Positions 49,496 to 64,000 of a DNA stretch of 64,000 bases are shown here, piece by piece (positions within the stretch are counted from its first letter, which is position 1; each line of letters opens with the position of its first letter). Below the pieces are notes generated by a model that was given only the letters and a program-made list of their open reading frames with translations, was not told the DNA's origin and made no database searches. The DNA is from the human T2T-CHM13v2.0 reference genome, Homo sapiens. A program made the position numbers and the translations under genes. Location of the stretch: NCBI RefSeq assembly GCF_009914755.1, contig NC_060943.1; one strand, given 5' to 3'.

Positions 49496-51512
49496 TGCCC
49501 TCCCCGCTGCCCCCATATTAGACTAGGAGCTTGCGCAGACAAGCGCCCTGCCTGCACGGCTCTGCGTCCTCCCAGAGCAGGGCCCACCCTACCACTGTGT
49601 CCTCTGGCTCAGTATGACCGCCCACCATCCCCGATCCCTCGGGGCTTGAGGCTCCCTGTGGGCAGGGCCTGTGCCTGATTCATCTCTGGGTCCCTGCTGA
49701 GGGCAAAGCCTAGCCCACAGGGCCTGGGGAGGAGGCAGGGAGGGAGGGAGAGAGGAGGAGGGAGGCAGGGAGAGGACGTTAAAGAGAGCAGGGAGGGAGG
49801 TGAGGAGAAAGCAGGCAGAGAGGGGCTGGGGAGAAGGACGGGGAGTCCCCGGGGAGCCGGGCCTGGAGCTGGGCCAAGCCACACTGCTGTGGATGTTGGG
49901 GAGAGCAGAGGGAATGGGGGAGTCCAGTCAGCTGGGAGAGGGGTGCAAACAAACAGCATGGCCACCCCTCCCTCACCCCACCCCTATCCCAGGTGGGAGA
50001 AGATGGACCGAGATGGGCCTGGAAGGTGAAGGATGAAGGCCCGGGACGAACAAGATGCAAGGAGGGCAGACAGACACAGGACAGATGGGAGCCAGGAGAG
50101 CACGGGGAGGCAGCCAGCCAGGGTGTGTGCCTGGGGGCGGGAATTCAGACAGACAGACAAGGGTGAGGGAAAGGATGGGCGAGGGTGTTGGAAGACTGGA
50201 GACAGATGTGGGGGCTGGTCCAGGAAAAGGACAGACAAACTTAGGGCTTGGGGCTGGGGCAGGAGGGACAGACAGACAGAAGGGGAGAGTGGCCAGGAAG
50301 GAGGGGAGGATGGACACAGGGCGTCTGCAGAATTGGTGGGCAGATGGACGGAGGGACGGGCCGTGCAGTGCAGCCGGCGGGGCCAGGGCCAGGCCGAGGG
50401 CGCGAGGTGGCAGCCGGCCCGGGGAGGCGGAGGCTGAGCGAGCGGTGGTGTTTGTGGAGCTGTCGGCTGCGGTGGAATTATGAAAAATAGCAGGCATCGG
50501 AGCCGGCCTTCAGCTTCGATTAGGGGAGATGGGACATGACAGGTGCGATCAATACGCAGCCGTTCTATAAAGTGTCAAGTAATGAATCAATTTCGACTAA
50601 ATTTTCCATTTTTCAGAGGCCGTTCTCCGAGAGAAGAATATCCTCTTTTGTAAAGATATTATTATCGATTTCGGCGGCAATTTGACATCAGGGGTAGTTA
50701 ATTCCACTCAGAATAAAATTGAAAACACTTGAGAGAGAAAAGAGAGAGGCGAAGAGTGAGACAGAGAGGGAAAGAGGGGGAGGGAGGGAGGGGCTGGGAG
50801 AGAGAGATGGATGGACAGAGAGACAGAGACAGGGAGACAGGAACAGACAGTGAGAGAGACGAGAGAGAGAAGAGAGATGCAGAGATGCAGAGACATGAAG
50901 AGAAACTTGGAGACTGCAAAGCCTAGAGTTATAGAGAGACACAGGGACATTCAGAGAGACTCAGAGAGCAGAGACACCCTAAGAAAGGGCGACAGAGAGA
51001 CAAATTGAGAGTGGCTCAGAGAGAAAATCCCAGATGTTACTAACTGGCTACAGAGAAGCAAAGAAATGGACAAAGACAATTCAGAGAAAAAGACAGATGG
51101 AGGACTGGGCAGCAGAAACTGATGACACAGACAGACAGACAGACACACAGAAGTGAGAGGCTGAGAAACAGGAACTTAGGGAACTGGGGAGAGGGGCTGA
51201 AGGGTGTGCGGAGCATGAGCAACAGAGAAAAGCGAGCCTGGCAGAGGAGAGGCCAGAGAGGCAGAGTGGAGGGGTGGGGGGCAGAGGGTAGGAGAGGGGC
51301 CAAGAGGCTGAGAACCTGCCAGGAAGTGGGGAGGAAGGGGCAAGGGTGCCAGGAGAAGGGCAGAGGCTGAGGGTTTGGGGCTGAGGGCCAATCTGGAGAT
51401 GAGAGTTTGGGGAGATCCTCCTGTCCTATCTACGCTGTCCCCAAAGTCAGTTGCCCTGAATGGGCAGAAGCTCAGCGTGTGTGTGGTCAGTTGCCCTGAA
51501 TGGGCAGAAGCT

Positions 51513-51516
<4 letters not shown>

Positions 51517-51552
<36 letters not shown>
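51517..51552. repeat. (GT)n microsatellite
   Basis: Directly visible. Confidence 0.95.
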
Positions 51553-51556
<4 letters not shown>

Positions 51557-51854
51557 GAGATCTGGTGTGCATGTGTGTTGGCTGGTGTCTGTGTGTCCTT
51601 GCATGTTGACTGAATCCCATATCCCATTAGACGTTTGTGTTTCCTGGACACACACACAAAATCTGTTTGTGTCCCTGTCCGTGTGCCTGCACATGCTGTG
51701 GGTCCCTGGTCTCCCAGTCCCTTGGGTCTCAGCTGCAGGCAATGGTGACAACATTTCTGGTTAGTGCCTGTCAGTCCCCAGCTGAAATCTCCATTTATCC
51801 CTGAGCAGGTCACAGGCTGCCTGGGAGGAAGAGAGAGGAGGCGGGTAGAGGATA

Positions 51855-52265
51855 GGACCCCTGGGTTCTGAGAGAGATGACCCAGGACCTGTACTCCTGG
51901 GTCTGAGGGAGGATGGTCTCAGATCCTGGGCTCCTGGGTCTGAGGGAGGAGGGGCTGGGGATTGGACCCACTGGGTCTGAGGGAGGAGGAGCTGGGAGCC
52001 TGGACTCCTGGGTCTGAGACAGGAGGGCCTGGGGGCCTGGACTCCTGGGTCTGAGGGAGGAGGGCCTGGGGACCTGGACTCCTGGTTCTGAGGGAGGAGG
52101 CTGCTGGGGGCCGGGACTCCTGGGTGTGAGGGAGGAGGGGCTGGGGGCCTAGACTCCTGGGTCTGAGGGAGGAGGGACTGGGGGCCTGGACTGCTGGGTC
52201 TGAGAGAGGAGGGGCTGGGAGCCTGGATTCCTGGGTCTGAGGGAGGAGGGAGTGGGGCTGGGACA
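51855..52265. repeat. MSR1 minisatellite array
   Basis: Same unit, G-rich on the + strand. Confidence 0.9.
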
Positions 52266-55200
52266 CCCCATGGACAGGATAGTCAGCAGACAAGTAAGTA
52301 ACAGGGCTGGCTGGGAAGCCCCCGAGCCATCACCAGCCTCCCCTCCAGAAAAGCCTGTGCCTGCTGCCCCCTAGTGGACATGGAGATTAGGCCAGACCAG
52401 GGACAGGGAACTGACAGGTCAAGGAGGGAAGCCAGAGGCGCTGACCCTGACCCAAGTGGGAGCAGAGACAGGGGAGAGGGAGAGAGAGAGGAGGGAAGAG
52501 AGAAGGAGGAGATGGGTGGACAGACAGGCGGACACAGACAGGGACAAAGATGAATAGAGAAGTGGGCTGGGGTCAGGCCGACAGGATTGAGGACTCGACC
52601 TTGGTGGAGAAGAAAGAGAGACCGGGGAGTGAGTTCAGGGCTAGAACTGGAGATGGACAGGGAAAGATGGAGGACACAGGGGGTCTGCAGCAGACGGCAG
52701 GCAGAGGGTGAGGGTGACAGAGAGACTCTTGGACAGACAGAGGCTGGGCTGGTGAGACCTGGGTACAGACAGTACAAGAGACAGGACAGGAGCCATATGG
52801 ACAGATGGACAGTGACAGAGGGATGGGAGCTAGGTCTAAAGGAGGGAGAAAACCCAGAGAACAGGCAGCGAAGAGGACAGGTGGACAGGGACAAGGGCAG
52901 GCACTCATGGAGAGACAGACGGACATCGGAGGGAACCGCAGACACACCCAGAAGAAAGAGGTGGACAGAGAGAGAGAAAGAGAGACAGGTGGTCACACAC
53001 AGAGAGACAGACGGATGCGGAGAAATCAGGGCTCCCCAAGCCAAGTGGACACCCGGAGATGAAGCAGAGAGCGGTATGTGGGGGGAGCCTGGAGCCCGGC
53101 GGGGATTCCAGGCTGAGGGGCTCCCTGTGGCAAAGCCTAGGAGAGTTGCTGGGGAACAGTCTCCCCTGGCCGGGGTCTCTGCCCGCCACCCCCTCCCAGG
53201 CTCCCCCCCCACCCGGCGGGCTGCCCGGCGGAGGCGACAGATTGAGCGATGAGACGCATTACGCACTTAATCCGCCTGATTGAATGTTTTGCTTTCGCCC
53301 AAATTGAAACATTAAACAACACGGGACGAGAAGAGGCGGCCGCAAATCACTCATGAAAGATTCATCTTCTCCCAGGCAGCCGCCACCGCCCGCCTCCAAG
53401 GCTGCCCGCCCCAGCCGGGAAGCCTCAGGGTGGGGGTGGGGGTGGGGCAGCACCCCTGCTCACTCTGGGGAGCCCCAGCCCTAGTGGTCTGGGGAAGTTC
53501 TTCCCACTGTCTCGCCTCAATCCTACAGGTGGTCTCAGAGACTAGAACCCTGGATCCCTCGGCCTTCCCTGGACAGCATGACCTTAGCCCTGTCCCTGTC
53601 CCTCTCTGGCTGGGGAATCCTTGCCCTCTCTGGGGTCCATCTCTCCAGTTACCTTCCTGGACCAGCCTGGACCTTTGGGACATGGAAGGGGCTGCTCAGA
53701 GTTGGGGGATGAGGTCTGGGAGCCTCCTCCCCGTGCAGTGGGGCTTTCTGGGTTCTTGATCCAAGAGTAGGGGTGGTGTCTGGGGGCTGAGTCAGAGGGA
53801 GGTGGCCGCTGTGTCAGGATCAGTGCAAATGGGCAGACAGGGAGTGTGTTCCCTGCCACTTGGGAGCTCAGTGTGTCTCTGTGTCTGCCTGCATATATGA
53901 CTGTGTATCTTCTGTCTCGCTCTGCCCATGTTGGTGTAACTTGCTTTGCGATTGTCCCTGTGTCACTACACTCAGGTCTCGGTGACCCTGCGTGTGACGG
54001 TAACTCTGTGGGCTTGTGGGTATGTCTGTCTGCCTGTCTGGCACTTTCTGTATGTGCGTCCTGTGGGCAGCATTTTTGTGTGGTGTGTGTCTGTATCAGT
54101 GTGACTTTTGGGGTGTGGCTGTGTGTGACTCCCTGTGTGTAAGTCTGTGGATGACTGTGTGCCGTGTCTGTCTGTCTGTGTGTTGCCTGCTCTGGGTCTG
54201 TCTGCAGGTCTGTGTTGAACTATTTCTGTGTCTGGGTCTCTTTTCTGCATCCGCATGTCCCTGTGTCTCTTTCAGCCTCTGTCTCTGTCTCTGCCTGAGG
54301 GGGCACCTGCTGGGGCCACTAGAGGAAGGCCTGGGTGCGGAGAAGCTGGGGAGAGAGGAGGCAAGAAAGACGGAGAGACAGGACAGCGGTGACGCCTGAG
54401 AACCAGGGAGCAGGGAGCAAGCGCGAGGGAGCTGGGGGGGCCGTTGTGGGCGCCACGGCCGGAGTGGGTGATCAATATTCGATTTAGGTTTTAATTCCGG
54501 GGCTTTTGGAGCCTGTCAGCCCTGATGTATGAGCTCACACTGGGGCCGCCCAGCCAGCCACCCCACCAGTGCCCATGGCCTGGTGGCCTGTCCTGGGCTC
54601 CCTGGCCCTGCCGGCGGTGGACTATAGGAGAGGGGGGAAGGGGAGAGGGGCCCAGTGAACTTGAGCTTGGTCCCTTGCCCACCCAGTGCACCTATGGCCC
54701 CTGCTCCTGCCTGGCCTGCCAAGCAAGGGGCCCCTAGAGGTCCTCAAACACCTGGTCGGGTCCCACAGCCTGCCTGTCTGCATGGACCTCATGTTCAGAC
54801 ACACACATAGCTCTGGGCTCATATATGCCTGTGCCCATGCAAACTCTAACACATACACCCCGGGTTCAAACACACATGTGCACACACAAGCCACCATGCA
54901 TCTCCTCTGACATACATGTGTGTCCACATACAAACTCTGACACACATACGTGGTCCACACACATAACCCCAACACATAGACACATAAAAGCACCACATGA
55001 ACCGGAGGTGGGAACCCTGGGGACACAGCATTCTGGCAAGAGAGGCAAGAGACGGAGACACAGAAACTCAGACGGGCTAACAGTGAGAGATGAGAGAGAC
55101 GGACCAGTGAAGAGCTCAGAGAAGAGCTTGAGAGTGGGGACAGACGCGGAGAGCCCCCGAGGGGAGGTTGGAGGCCACAGGGCAGAGCAGTGGACAGGGC

Positions 55201-55479
55201 TCAGCAGTGAGGGGGATGGGAGCCCCCCCAAACCCTGTCTCTTTCTCAGGAAGATGGATCCACCGCCCTCCCTGATGACAATGCTGTCTGCGCAAACTTT
55301 AATTAACACTTTGAGTTAATTAGTTCGAGATCATTTAGGAGTAAAATGTTTTTATTAGGGAGGCTGCGAGCCTGTTGATGGATGGGGCGCGATTCGCTCT
55401 TCCGCCTGCGGGGACAGCCGGTAAACAGAAATCAATCAGGGGCCTCCCAACCCAGCCCCCCCAGAGCCAAGCTCCCAGC

Positions 55480-57205
55480 CTAGAGCCCAGGAGTGGAGGC
55501 TCCCAGCCTCCTCCTTCCCCCAGGCCCCAGATTTCAGGCCCCAGCCCCTCCTCCCTCAGACCCAGGAGTCTAAAACCCCAGCTTCCTCTTCCCCCAAGAC
55601 CTACGAGTCCAGGCTCCCAGCCCCTCCTCCATTAGGCTCACGAATCCAAGCCCCCAGCAGTCTCTTCCCTCAGACCCAGGAGTCCAGGCACCCCTGCAGC
55701 CTCCTCCCTCAGACCCAGGAGTCCAGGCCCCCAGCAGCCTCCTCCCTCAGTCTCATGAGCCCAGGCCCCAGCCTCTCCTCCCTCAGACCCAGGAGTCCAT
55801 GCCCCCAGCCTCTCCTCCCTCAGACCCAGGAGTCCAGGCCCCCAGCCCCTCCTCCCTCAGACCCAGGAGTCCAGGCCCCCAGCCCCTCCTCCCTCAGACC
55901 CAGGAGTCCAGGCCCCCAGCCCCTCCTCCCTCAGACCCAGGAGTCCAGGCCCCCCAGCCCTTCCTTCCTCAGACCCAGGAGTCCAGGCCCCCCAGACCTT
56001 CCTCTCCCAGACCCAGGAGTCCAGGCCCCCAGCAGCCTCCTCCCTCAGACCCAGGAGTCCAGGCCCCCAGCAGCCTCCTCCCTCAGTCTCATGAGTCCAG
56101 GCCCCAGCCTCTCCTCCCTCAGACCCAGGAGTCCAGGCCCCCAGCAGCCTCCTCCCTCAGTCTCATGAGTCCAGGCCCCAGCCTCTCCTCCCTCAGACCC
56201 AGGAATCCAGGCCCCAAGCCCTCCTCCCTCAGACCCAGGAGTCCAGGCCCCCAGCCCCTCCTCCCTCAGACCCAGGAGTCCAGGCCCCAGCCTCTCCTCC
56301 CTCAGACCCAGGAGTCCAGGCCCCCAGCCCCTCCTCCCTCAGACCCAGGAGTCCAGGCCCCCCGCGTCTCCTCCCTCAGACCCAGGAGTCCAGGCCCCCA
56401 GCCCCTCCTCCCTCAGACCCAGGAGTCCAGGCCCCCAGCCCCTCCTCCCTCAGACCCAGGAGTCCAGGCCCCCAGCCCCTCCTCCCTCAGACCCAGGAGT
56501 CCAGGCCCCCAGCCCCTCCTCCCTCAGACCCAGGAGTCCAGGCCCCCAGCCCTTCCTTCCTCAGACCCAGGAGTCCAGGCCCCCCAGACCTTCCTCTCCC
56601 AGACCCAGGAGTCCAGGCACCCCTGCAGCCTCCTCCCTCAGACCCAGGAGTCCAGGCCCCCAGCAGCCTCCTCCCTCAGACCCAGGAGTCCAGGCCCCCA
56701 GCAGCCTCCTCCCTCAGTCTCATGAGTCCAGGCCCCAGCCTCTCCTCCCTCAGACTCAGGAGTCCAGGCCCCCAGTAGCCTCCTCCCTCAGTCTCATGAG
56801 TCCAGGCCCCAGCCTCTCCTCCCTCAGACCCAGGAGTCCAGGCCCCAAGCCCTCCTCCCTCAGACCCAGGAGTCCAGGCCCCCAGCCCCTCCTCCCTCAG
56901 ACCCACTAGTCCAGGCCCCAGCCTCTCCTCCCTCAGACCCAGGAGTCCAGGCCCCCAGCCCCTCCTCCCTCAGACCCAGGAGTCCAGGCCCCCAGCCCCT
57001 CCTCCCTCAGACCCAGGAGTCCAGGCCCCCAGCCCCTCCTCCCTCAGACCCGAGTCCAGGCCCCCAGCCCCTCCTCCCTCAGACCCAGGAGTCCAGGCCC
57101 CCAGGCCCTCCTTCCTCAGACCCAGGAGTCCAGGCCCCCAGCCCCTCCTCCCTCAGACCCAGGAGTCCAGGCCACCCCAGTTTCCTCCTTCAGACCCATG
57201 AGTCC
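55480..57205. repeat. Large MSR1 minisatellite array (about 1.7 kb, opposite orientation)
   Basis: Tandem CCCAGGAGTCCAGGCCCCCAGCCCCTCCTCCCTCAGA, with variant units containing GTCTCATGAG. Confidence 0.93.
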
Positions 57206-57229
57206 AGGTCCCTGCCTCTCCTGGTCCCA

Positions 57230-58480
57230 GCTTGGTCGGGAGTCCACTTCTGTCGCAGGACCCGGCTTCCGGGCCCCCACCTCTAACCTCCCTCGGATGC
57301 CTGAAAACCCTGCCTGGTCCTCCGGGCAGCCGCCCCCCTCTCCCACCCGCGCCGGCCTCTTGGACACAGCACTAGGGTCGGATTCACAGTTGGGAGCTCC
57401 CTCGGCTGCGGGTCAGACCCTCCCCTCCACTCCCTCTCGAGGACCCTGACTCCGCGGCCCCGGAACTGTCTTCTCGCCGCCCCTCGGCGTCTCTGCGCGC
57501 CTGTCTCGTCGGGTCTCGGCCGAGAGACGTCTCGGGCGTCCCCTTCCCCCGCGGTGACGGCTTCATCAGGTGTCCGCGCGGGCGGGGGCAGGGCGAGGCC
57601 TGGCGGGCGCGGGGAGCCCGGGGGCGGAGGGGCGGGGGTTCCGGGGCCGATAAATCTTCATCAGGCGGCGGCGGGGGGGCCATTAGGCGCTAATGGGAAG
57701 ATGGAGGGGCCTGTCGGCCGCGCGGGCCGGGCCTCATTTGTCCTGCTTCCCGCTCCATTGGCCGCTGCCCCCGCCCCGCCCCTCCCCCGCCGCCGCGCGC
57801 CCCATTTCCGCTTCAAACCTTTGGAGGGGACGTGGGGGGGATCCCGGGGGCTGCTGAAAAAGAGGCGACTGGAAGGCAGGGACAGATTCAGGAAAGGGGA
57901 GGGGGCTCAGGGCATGGAGGGGAAGGGGGTTCGGTCGCAGAGCCAGTTTAGAACGTGGGTGGCTCAGCTAGAACGCAGGCGGAGTGGGCAGGAGAACGTG
58001 GCGGGGAGGGCTTGGAACGCGGAGAACGTGAATAGAAGTCCCCGAAGGAAAAGAGAAAGCGGGAGGGGGCCGTCGGGGACGCGAGAGGGGACTTGGAAGA
58101 TGGGAGTGGCGGGGACTGGAACAAGGCGGGAGTGGGTGCAGGATTGGAATTAGGGGAGGGGGTCGGATCGCCGGCCCCAGCCTCCAAGGGCGGGGATCCG
58201 GGAAGGCGAGGGGGCGGCGTCCCCCGAGGCAGAAAGCGCGGACCCCGCCTGTCGCCGCCGCCGCCGCCCGCTCCCGGACTCGCGCCCCCCGCGCGTCCAC
58301 TCTGATTTCTCGGCCCATTTTTCTTCCTCTCCTGTCACTCCGGCGCTCGCCCTCCCGCCGCCGGCTGCCCCGCCGCGCTCCGCTTCCCGCGGGAACCCCC
58401 GCTGCAGCCAGCCCCGGGGGCTCAGCCGGCTCCGCGCAGCAGCGCCCCCACCCCCACCACGCCTGGCCCCGATCAGTCCC
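57230..58480. promoter_or_regulatory. CpG island with no recognisable coding exon
   Basis: Very high CpG density, GC boxes, CCAAT box (attgg at about 57756). Confidence 0.7.
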
Positions 58481-59353
58481 CACCAGGACCACCTATTTCC
58501 CCAAGTCGGTCACCCACAAATGGACTGCCTCCCCGAACACCCCCAGGAGAGGCCCCGCCTTGGGGGGTAGCACTGGGGTTGGCTCCCCCAGCCCCTGGGA
58601 CTAGATCCCTAGGACCTCAGGACCCTAGACTGAGATTCCCCCAAAGGAGGCATCTAGATACCCACAAACCAGGCCTTCGAACCCCTACCCTCCCTCTGAA
58701 GCCCTCACATGGACTGAAGACCCCTGGGATCAGACCTAGACATGGGCCTGGATCACCCCAGGCGGAGCGAATGGCTACCCCGACTCACAAACAGAAGGTG
58801 ATAACCCAGCCTAGCTCCAGACAGCCCAAAATGAGGATTCTGGGGCCCAGCTCCATTCACCCCCAAACAAGTCCTCCAGCCCAAGACACTCAGAGAATAA
58901 GGGAAATGGACCTTAGCTCAGTCACCCCAAAATAAGCATCAGTAACCACAAGCCCCCCCAAACTAGGCATGTATTCCCCATACTGTCACCCCCAAATTAG
59001 ACGTTGGGGCCCCAAATTTGGCACACCTAAACTAGACTTTCCTCATTAAACCTCATCAGGACCCCAAGATACACCACCCACGATCTACAAAAGTAGGCCC
59101 CAGCTGCTATCACCCACTCAGCATGTGACCCCATTCTCAACACATACAAACTAGAAAATGGGACTGAAATTCAAACACCCTTAAACTGGGCAACCCCAAA
59201 TGTGACAACTGGATCCTCAGACTCAAGTCAAAATGAGGATCTGGGCCTCACCCACCCTAAGGCTCCCCCAAACTAGACATCTGGCTCTCCAGACTCAGTT
59301 TCCACTAAACCAAGGAACCTCCGAAATGCCCCAGCAAGTCACCTTAACACTAG

Positions 59354-60100
<747 letters not shown>

Positions 60101-60513
60101 GTCGACCAGCAGCTTTAGAAGCCCCCCAACTTGGCACCTGGAATTCCAGCATCACCTGCCCTTACAATACACATCTGAGCTTTCACCCCCACTCATAAGA
60201 GTTAGAGACCCCTCTAAGTTACCCCACGAACTCAGCATCTAGCCTCCCAACCTCAGACACCCCCAAAGTTAGGAGGACTCTGTGGCACTGAAGCTCAGAT
60301 CTCCAAACTACCCCTTTTGTCCCCAAACTTCAGTCACCCTACACTAAGCACCCCATAGGCTGTTACCCCCAGAAGTAGGCAAGTCAAGAACCCCCAAATC
60401 AGGTATGTGCAGCTGACCCTCAAGGTCAGTCTTCCTAATCCAAACACCAAGAAGCTCATAATCAGAGAGACCTGAACTTGGGATTTAGAGTACCTGCCTC
60501 AAACACCCTCATA

Positions 60514-61311
<798 letters not shown>

Positions 61312-61423
61312 CTAATTCAGGCATTGAGCCTCCCAGAGGATCTGAGTCTCTGTGTCAGTCACCCCTAACTAGGTATCTGGGTGATTAGCCTCAGACATTC
61401 CCACACTAAGGAACAACACCCCG

Positions 61424-61722
61424 GGCCGGGCACGGTGGCTCACGCCTGTAATCCCGGCACTTTGGGAGGCCAGGTGGGCGGATCACCTGAGGTCAGGAGT
61501 TCAAGACCAGCCTGGCCAACATGGTGAAACCCTGTCTCTACTAAAAATACAAAAATTAGTTGGGCATTATGGTGGGCGCCTGTAATCCCAGCTACTCAGG
61601 AGGCTGAGGCATGAGAATGGTTTGAACCAGGAGGCGGAGGTTGCAGTGAGCCGAGATCACACCACTGCACTCCACCCTGGGTGACAGAGCAAGACTCTGT
61701 CTCAAAAAAAAAAAAAAAAAAG
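61424..61722 (+). mobile_element. Alu with target-site duplication AAGGAACAACACCCC
   Basis: Alu consensus; TSD visible on both sides. Confidence 0.95.
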
Positions 61723-62257
61723 GAACAACACCCCAAACTCCATCACCCCAAACTAGGTACAAATAACCACAAACCCTGGCAACTAGGTCTTGAGACTCAG
61801 TGAGCCCCAAATTGTATATAAATGTTAGGAACTCATAACTAGTAGCCCTCAAACCAGACATCTGGTTGCCTTCTCTTAATCTCCCAAAGATGGGCTTCTC
61901 ATACACGAGAGTGACACCCCCAGGAGGCATCTGATGACACAACCCCAGCTTGGCACTGGATCTGCTGAGGGACATCTGGGCCCCAGCTGTCACCCCAGAT
62001 TGATGTTCGGGCTCTCAGATGGTCATCCCAACCTCAACATCTGGGCAGCTGGGATTACACACTCCTAAACTAGACATCTGAATGTTTTGCCACAACTACC
62101 CACAATCTAAGGCATTTTGGATTTGAGCCCCAAACTTGGGCTCTGAACCACGCCCCCAGCCTCAGAACTCCCTAACTGAACATCATGGTAAGTCACTTCT
62201 ATTTTGGATTTAGGGTCCCAGCCTTAATTTGTTCCCAGATTAGAATATAGGCCCACA

Positions 62258-62590
<333 letters not shown>

Positions 62591-63202
62591 TCACCCCTAA
62601 ATTAACCTTCAGGGCCTCAAGGTCAGCAAAACCACAGCAAGTCACTCTCAAAATAGGCATCTGAGCTCCACAGCCACCCACCCACACACTTTGCATATAG
62701 CCTCCCAGTCTCAGATGTCCCCAAAACTAGGGCCTGGGGCACCCAGGCTCAGTGACCCCCAGACTAAGCAAGTGAGCTCCAAACTTCAGTCAGCCCTAAG
62801 GTAATCAGTAGGACCCCCAAATCAACATGTGGGCTGCCAACCTCGGTCACCGCTAAACCTCAAAACCAGTCACCCTAGACTTGACACCTGAGTCTCCGAA
62901 CTGACTCACCCCAAACATGACAGGTGAAATGCCACAGGAAGTCACTTCTAATCTAGACAGTAGGCCCCCACTGTCGTCACTAATGTGGGTGTCAGTAGCC
63001 CCCATCCCCGGCCTCAGTGACGAAGCCACACAACTGCAGACATCTAGAGCTGGGTGTTGGGTGTCCCAAAACAGGAACAAGGGCTCACACGTGCCCAGAA
63101 CTGGGCAGGAGGAACTCCAGGCACCCCAAATTCAGGATCTTGAGCCCCAGCATCCATCTTCTCAAAGTGAGAATCTGAGTCCTCAGTGTTAGTCACCCAT
63201 AA

Positions 63203-63838
<636 letters not shown>

Positions 63839-64000
63839 CAGACTAGGCTTTAGACCCACAGGATCCTCTTGTGTCCAGTAAAGGGCAGCTGGGTCTCCAG
63901 GGCCAGAAATCCCAAGGTTACCTGTGCCCCAGCCACAGCGACCCCTAGGCCAGGCATTAGAGCCTCAGTCTCCATCTTCCCCCAGGGGTCTCTATCACTG

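Noticed and set aside
55480-57205. Regular repeat array of about 37 bp that is superficially CRISPR-like
   Set aside because: No unique spacers, eukaryotic context, and the unit matches MSR1.

Overview
Human-type, GC-rich, Alu/MIR/MSR1-containing sequence recognisable as the 19q13.2 ARHGEF1-ERFL locus. The + strand carries the complete ARHGEF1 gene (p115-RhoGEF/Lsc). It has two alternative first exons in a CpG island, and 27 coding exons that I spliced by hand to 2739 nt = 912 aa + stop (RGS-like/RH, DH, PH and C-terminal coiled coil). It also has a 3'-UTR intron, a 168-nt cassette exon and a candidate 12-nt microexon. The - strand carries the complete ETS-family gene ERFL (5 coding exons, 1065 nt = 354 aa), ending tail-to-tail about 250 bp from ARHGEF1, with a probable non-coding first exon and promoter at about 45.3-46.0 kb. 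The remainder (30-64 kb) is non-coding. The most interesting unexplained structures are: (1) about a dozen short AT-rich islands around the ERFL 5' region that share CUT/ONECUT-type (ATCGAT/ATCAAT) and homeodomain motifs; (2) a 1.9-kb block with about 40 CAGGT(G/A) motifs; (3) a 56-bp near-perfect non-Alu inverted repeat bracketing five ARHGEF1 exons and covering one polypyrimidine tract; (4) a 140-bp inverted duplication carrying ETS sites next to the ERFL promoter; (5) a dual-frame alternative C-terminus of ARHGEF1. Most ORFs in the six-frame track are GC/repeat artefacts. Repeat boundaries are approximate and no conservation or expression data were available.
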